Assembly: GCA_963663405.2 (NCBI GenBank)
Contig: CAXXSM010000130.1
Coordinates: forward strand, 1-64,000
DNA: 64,000 bases
Direction of reading: 5' to 3'
From: a bacterium
Lineage (GTDB): Bacteria > Hinthialibacterota > Hinthialibacteria > Hinthialibacterales > Hinthialibacteraceae
Positions 59,964-64,000 of this stretch are shown in pieces. The notes under the pieces are model-generated. The model made no database searches. It saw only the letters and a program-made list of their open reading frames with translations, and had not been told where the DNA came from. Position numbers and translations under genes: made by a program. Positions within the stretch are counted from its first letter, which is position 1. Each line of letters starts with the position of its first letter.

Positions 59964-62837
59964 ATGGTGTCAAGATCAAAGTCTTTTTCCCCGTTCGTTT
60001 TGTTCGCAATCGTTTTCCTCTCTTTTGATTTCATCCAAGCGATTCCATCATATGCTGGCCCCTCATTTGGGATTCCTACTGAAACACCGACGGAAGTCCC
60101 CCCGCTACCTGACCTTCTTAATATCACGCAAGACGCAAACCATGAATTGAGACGGATTGTCCGGAATATGTCGAATGATGTCTGTCTGACGATTCAAGCG
60201 GGCAAGGGAAATTTATATTGTGTAGATAGAAATCTGGGAGATCGAGTTGAAATCTATGAACTCTCTCCCGGCCTGACCGATCAAGTCAGACCACAGTTGC
60301 AAAGTGGCCTGGCGCGTTTTTTTATCTTAAGTGAAACGAAACCTTTAGTCGATCTCGCCGTAGATTCTGATGAATCCATTTATGTCATGTACGATGCGAA
60401 CGATATAAATTGGATACTGGAATTCAGTCCGCATTATTCAGGGACTAAAAACAATTTCCATGCCTACATTCAAAATATGCTCCTTTTGGATGAGGGAGAT
60501 TTAATAGAAGGTACGGAACCGTCTTATATGCTGAATATTTATGATATGTATGGTAATTATGGAGTATATAATTCCGGCCCAGCGAAAGATCGGTCTATCC
60601 ATGCGCTTATCGATCTGGGGCCGGTTAAAATCAGTGATAGTATCATTGGGCGTCAAAATTATCTCTGTTTATTAACGGAGGGGGATGATTCTTCCACAAA
60701 AATCTTGATCTATGAATATAATCAGATAAGAGAATTAACTCCTGAAGGAATTCTTCCCGGTTATGTTCCATGCCAATTCGCCTACTTGGAAATGGAACAA
60801 TCATTTTATATCGCCGCTGAAAACATGGATCAAGAATTCGCTCTTTTCCGTGTTTCAGGCGATGGCTTATCAACAGAAAAAGTTGGAGATATCGGCTACA
60901 TCCATAGCATGGTCTCTTCCAAAGATGGAAGGAGCCTCTATTTTACGAATCCTCTAACCGAAGATAAATCAGCCATCTATGCCTATACATATACGGGTCC
61001 GGAGATAATACCCACACCAACGTTCACCCAAACGCCGACTTCCACATTTACCCCGGTCCCCACACCGACGAACTCTCTCACACCGACGAATTCTCCTACA
61101 CCAACAGAGACGCCGACACCAACCCCCACTCCAACAATTGTTTTACGCCCAATTTCTGTCCCCGATTACCGTATCGATTTTGATAGCTACTTCCAAAATC
61201 CGGAGCTCTTTCTTGATTTCTATCAGATTGTCTTTTACAACCAATTTGATACGGATCTCCTCTTCCTTAATCCATCCGGTTTTAACGGACCGGCTATCCA
61301 TCCAATCTCTGGCGAATTTCTGTTTCAGAATGCTTACAATCCAAGCCAATTCTATTCAGTTCCTTATCCAAATCGCCCTGTTGATTGTAGACAAATCGAA
61401 CCGTCTTTTGTGAATGAAAATGCGGAGAATCTCGTGCTAAGGGCGGTCCATCCAGATGGTTCGCTCTATGGATATCGTTATTCAGATATTCAACGAGTCG
61501 TCCTAGATGAATTTTTTGAAACGATTTCAATTGACGCTAGCATCCTTGATATTCATATCGTAACAGAGACTGATCGTATCCCTGGTACCAATACGGGCGA
61601 TGTTTTGATCCTAGGAGAAAAGCCTGGAGGAATAACGGGGATTTGGAGGATCAATCATGAAGAAACATTAACCGGAATCTTTGAGGCGGAGCCATTACTG
61701 CCAGATGAAGATATCCCAGCGTATCCAAAGGATTGGACAATCGGTCCTGGTGGAGCGCTTTACCTTTTGACGTACGATCTGTGGCAGGTCCGCAATAGTG
61801 AAATCTATCGCTTGGATATGGATAACAAGTTCAGAGAAGCGTTTCACTTTTCCTTTGGTGGAGGATGCTATGCGTTTACCTATTTACCCGCCGATCACGC
61901 GTTCTACTTTTTGAAAATTGTACGCAAGTATTATTATGAAAATCTTTATGGACTTATGAGAATCCCAGAAGATGGCTCCACGATAACAGATGTACAGTAC
62001 TCTACTGGTGAAATCGCGAATCTTTCAACATCGCCGGACGGAACATCATTATATTTAACTTATCGGGATATCCAGAATCCAGAATGGAATAACATTCAAG
62101 CCCTTCATTACAGAGGCGAGGTCGTAACACCTACTCCGACACCCTCCGAACCTACACCCACGCCAACTCCCATTCCCGGCTGGTTCGTTCTCGATGGCTT
62201 CGGTGGTATCCACTCTTCCAATCCTGAACTCGAACGGCCCCTGCTTCCCTATTTCGCACCCTATAATATTGTGCGGGATATCGAACCGGATCCCTTGGGC
62301 CGGGGATGGTATATGCTGGATGGTCTAGGGGTGGTTCATACTTCTTCGCCCGATCTTCCTCGTCCTGTGAATCTGCCCTATTTCGGATTCGACATCGCCC
62401 GCAATCTCGAAATTGTTTCGACGGATCATGGGCTTGAGTTCTACATGCTGGATGGGTACGGAACCGTTCATACGTCGACGGAAGAGCCGTTCGAGTACGG
62501 AGAACTTCCCTGGTTCGGTTCCGATCTCGCCCGCGATCTTGAACCGAATCCGAAGGGGGAAGGATGGCTCATCCTGGATGCGTTCGGTTTCTTGCATTCC
62601 ACTCATTGGCCCATCTATGATTTTCCATTAGGCATATCCTTTGTCCCCAACCCAATGGCCCGTGGTATGGTCCGCTTTCCCGATGAAACCACGGTCCTGA
62701 TCAACGCCTACGGAGGCCGCCACACCAACCCATTCTACCCCGCCGCAGATGTCATCAACGGCCTCCCCCCCGAATTCTACTTCTATGGATTCGACATTAT
62801 CTGGGATGTCGAAACTGTGCCAGCCACTCAGCAGTAA
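59964..62837 (+). CDS. Secreted 957-aa surface protein: two beta-propeller-like domains, Pro/Thr-rich linkers and a C-terminal repeat domain
   Basis: Hydrophobic N-terminus; TPTPT linkers; four repeats of [WF][FYL]xLD[GA]xGxxH...LPYF...RD[IL]E. Confidence 0.8.
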   Translation: MVSRSKSFSPFVLFAIVFLSFDFIQAIPSYAGPSFGIPTETPTEVPPLPDLLNITQDANHELRRIVRNMSNDVCLTIQAGKGNLYCVDRNLGDRVEIYELSPGLTDQVRPQLQSGLARFFILSETKPLVDLAVDSDESIYVMYDANDINWILEFSPHYSGTKNNFHAYIQNMLLLDEGDLIEGTEPSYMLNIYDMYGNYGVYNSGPAKDRSIHALIDLGPVKISDSIIGRQNYLCLLTEGDDSSTKILIYEYNQIRELTPEGILPGYVPCQFAYLEMEQSFYIAAENMDQEFALFRVSGDGLSTEKVGDIGYIHSMVSSKDGRSLYFTNPLTEDKSAIYAYTYTGPEIIPTPTFTQTPTSTFTPVPTPTNSLTPTNSPTPTETPTPTPTPTIVLRPISVPDYRIDFDSYFQNPELFLDFYQIVFYNQFDTDLLFLNPSGFNGPAIHPISGEFLFQNAYNPSQFYSVPYPNRPVDCRQIEPSFVNENAENLVLRAVHPDGSLYGYRYSDIQRVVLDEFFETISIDASILDIHIVTETDRIPGTNTGDVLILGEKPGGITGIWRINHEETLTGIFEAEPLLPDEDIPAYPKDWTIGPGGALYLLTYDLWQVRNSEIYRLDMDNKFREAFHFSFGGGCYAFTYLPADHAFYFLKIVRKYYYENLYGLMRIPEDGSTITDVQYSTGEIANLSTSPDGTSLYLTYRDIQNPEWNNIQALHYRGEVVTPTPTPSEPTPTPTPIPGWFVLDGFGGIHSSNPELERPLLPYFAPYNIVRDIEPDPLGRGWYMLDGLGVVHTSSPDLPRPVNLPYFGFDIARNLEIVSTDHGLEFYMLDGYGTVHTSTEEPFEYGELPWFGSDLARDLEPNPKGEGWLILDAFGFLHSTHWPIYDFPLGISFVPNPMARGMVRFPDETTVLINAYGGRHTNPFYPAADVINGLPPEFYFYGFDIIWDVETVPATQQ

Positions 62838-62855
62838 GAATAAAGGAAGCGTATA

Positions 62856-64000
62856 ATGGAATCATTAACTAAATCGTTCATTTTCTTCATCTTCTTGATC
62901 GCTCTCATGACATACGCGATCCCACTTCACGTAGCCATCGCATCCGAGACGCCAACGGAGACACCAACGGGAACACCTACCCCAAAACTCCCTCTTCCCG
63001 ATCGTTTCAACATCACCCTTGATGCGAACCACGAATTGAAACGCCTCGTTCGGGATATGTCCCCAGATGCCTGCTTAGCGATTCAAGCGGAAACCGGTGA
63101 TTTATATTGCATGGATCGAGCCAATGATGATCGGGTTGAAATTCATAAAATCTATCCTTTTCAAATAGATCTAGTTAGATCGGAAATGAAGACAGGTTTT
63201 AGGCGTTCTTTTTCTATCAATACAGCGAGAACTTTAAGCGATTTAGCAGTTGATTGGGATGAAACCCTTTATGCTATGTGTGGCGCAGAAGGAGTCAATT
63301 GGATTTATGAAATATTACGAGGCAGTTCATGGTTTAATAGTATTTCTGTCGCATATTCGCAGAAAATGCTCCTTGTAGATAGCGATGATTTGATATCTGG
63401 CGCCAATTCCACTGATTTATTATTGATATATATTTATGGCACTTGTCGGATATTCAGATACGATGTAAAAGAAAACAGACAAATCACAACACTAATAGAG
63501 AGTGATGAATTTGTACAATCTTATATTTCTGATCTTATCATTGGGCCCAATAATAGTCTCTGTTTTTTAGTCCACGATAAAAATCAATCGATATTAATTT
63601 ATAAATATGAAGAAAATAATGTTAAAGAGTTAATACACGGTGCCATTCTTCCCGGTTATATTCCACACAAATTCGCCTATTTAGAAAAGGAAAAATCATT
63701 CTACATCGTAGCGGAAAATTCGGAAAATGAATTGTCTCTCTTTCGTGTTACAGGGGATGGATTATCGGCGGTGAAGGTAGGAGACCTTGGCGCTGTTCAC
63801 AGCATGGTTTCTTCCAAAGATGGAAGGAGCCTCTATTTCACGAATCCTCTGTCCGATAACAAATCGGCTATCTACGCGTATACGTATACCGACGCGGAGG
63901 TCACTCCGACACCCTCCTTTACACCGACGAACACACCGATTCCTTCCTGTACTCCAACGAATACTCTTACACCTTCAATCACCCCGACCTTTACGCCAAC
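62856..64000 (+). CDS. Paralog of 59964..62837, truncated by the window end
   Basis: Open frame from ATG 62856 with signal peptide, ETPTETPT, NITLDANHEL, ILPGY, HSMVSSKDGRSLYFTNPL, TPT linker. Confidence 0.85.
   Translation, partial: MESLTKSFIFFIFLIALMTYAIPLHVAIASETPTETPTGTPTPKLPLPDRFNITLDANHELKRLVRDMSPDACLAIQAETGDLYCMDRANDDRVEIHKIYPFQIDLVRSEMKTGFRRSFSINTARTLSDLAVDWDETLYAMCGAEGVNWIYEILRGSSWFNSISVAYSQKMLLVDSDDLISGANSTDLLLIYIYGTCRIFRYDVKENRQITTLIESDEFVQSYISDLIIGPNNSLCFLVHDKNQSILIYKYEENNVKELIHGAILPGYIPHKFAYLEKEKSFYIVAENSENELSLFRVTGDGLSAVKVGDLGAVHSMVSSKDGRSLYFTNPLSDNKSAIYAYTYTDAEVTPTPSFTPTNTPIPSCTPTNTLTPSITPTFTP

Noticed and set aside
61010-61135. ACNCCN nucleotide periodicity as a DNA repeat element
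   Set aside because: Explained by the Pro/Thr linker coding sequence

Overview
Bacterial chromosomal window, gene-dense, probably from an uncultured lineage. The GspG-like prepilin family and the secreted-protein style suggest OLB16/Hinthialibacterota- or Sumerlaeota-like bacteria (inference). There are two housekeeping blocks on the minus strand: ylxM-ffh-rpsP-khpA-rimM-trmD-SPOUT-rplS and aroF-rsmD-coaD-rpmF-plsX-fabH-fabD-fabG-acpP-fabF. hemB lies on the plus strand. The rest is mostly secreted or Tat-exported carbohydrate-type enzymes, a HEPN/MNT toxin-antitoxin pair, an orphan DNA methyltransferase, an ABC-type ATPase + TOPRIM-like (DUF3226) pair, orphan antitoxin remnants and two tandem Pro/Thr-rich surface protein paralogs. 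About a dozen genes carry single-base frameshifts, most likely long-read consensus errors. Strongest unexplained signals: (1) a short C-terminal tail, [TV]x[VI]x[NS][WF]x[LQ][FY], on three unrelated exported proteins, a candidate lineage-specific sorting signal; (2) several families of dispersed intergenic hairpin repeats, including a REP-like family with compensatory base changes and a TGAATC/GATTCA-ended inverted-repeat superfamily that brackets variable cargo; (3) a PARIS-like ATPase/TOPRIM defence candidate. No tRNA, rRNA, CRISPR array or transposase was recognised.
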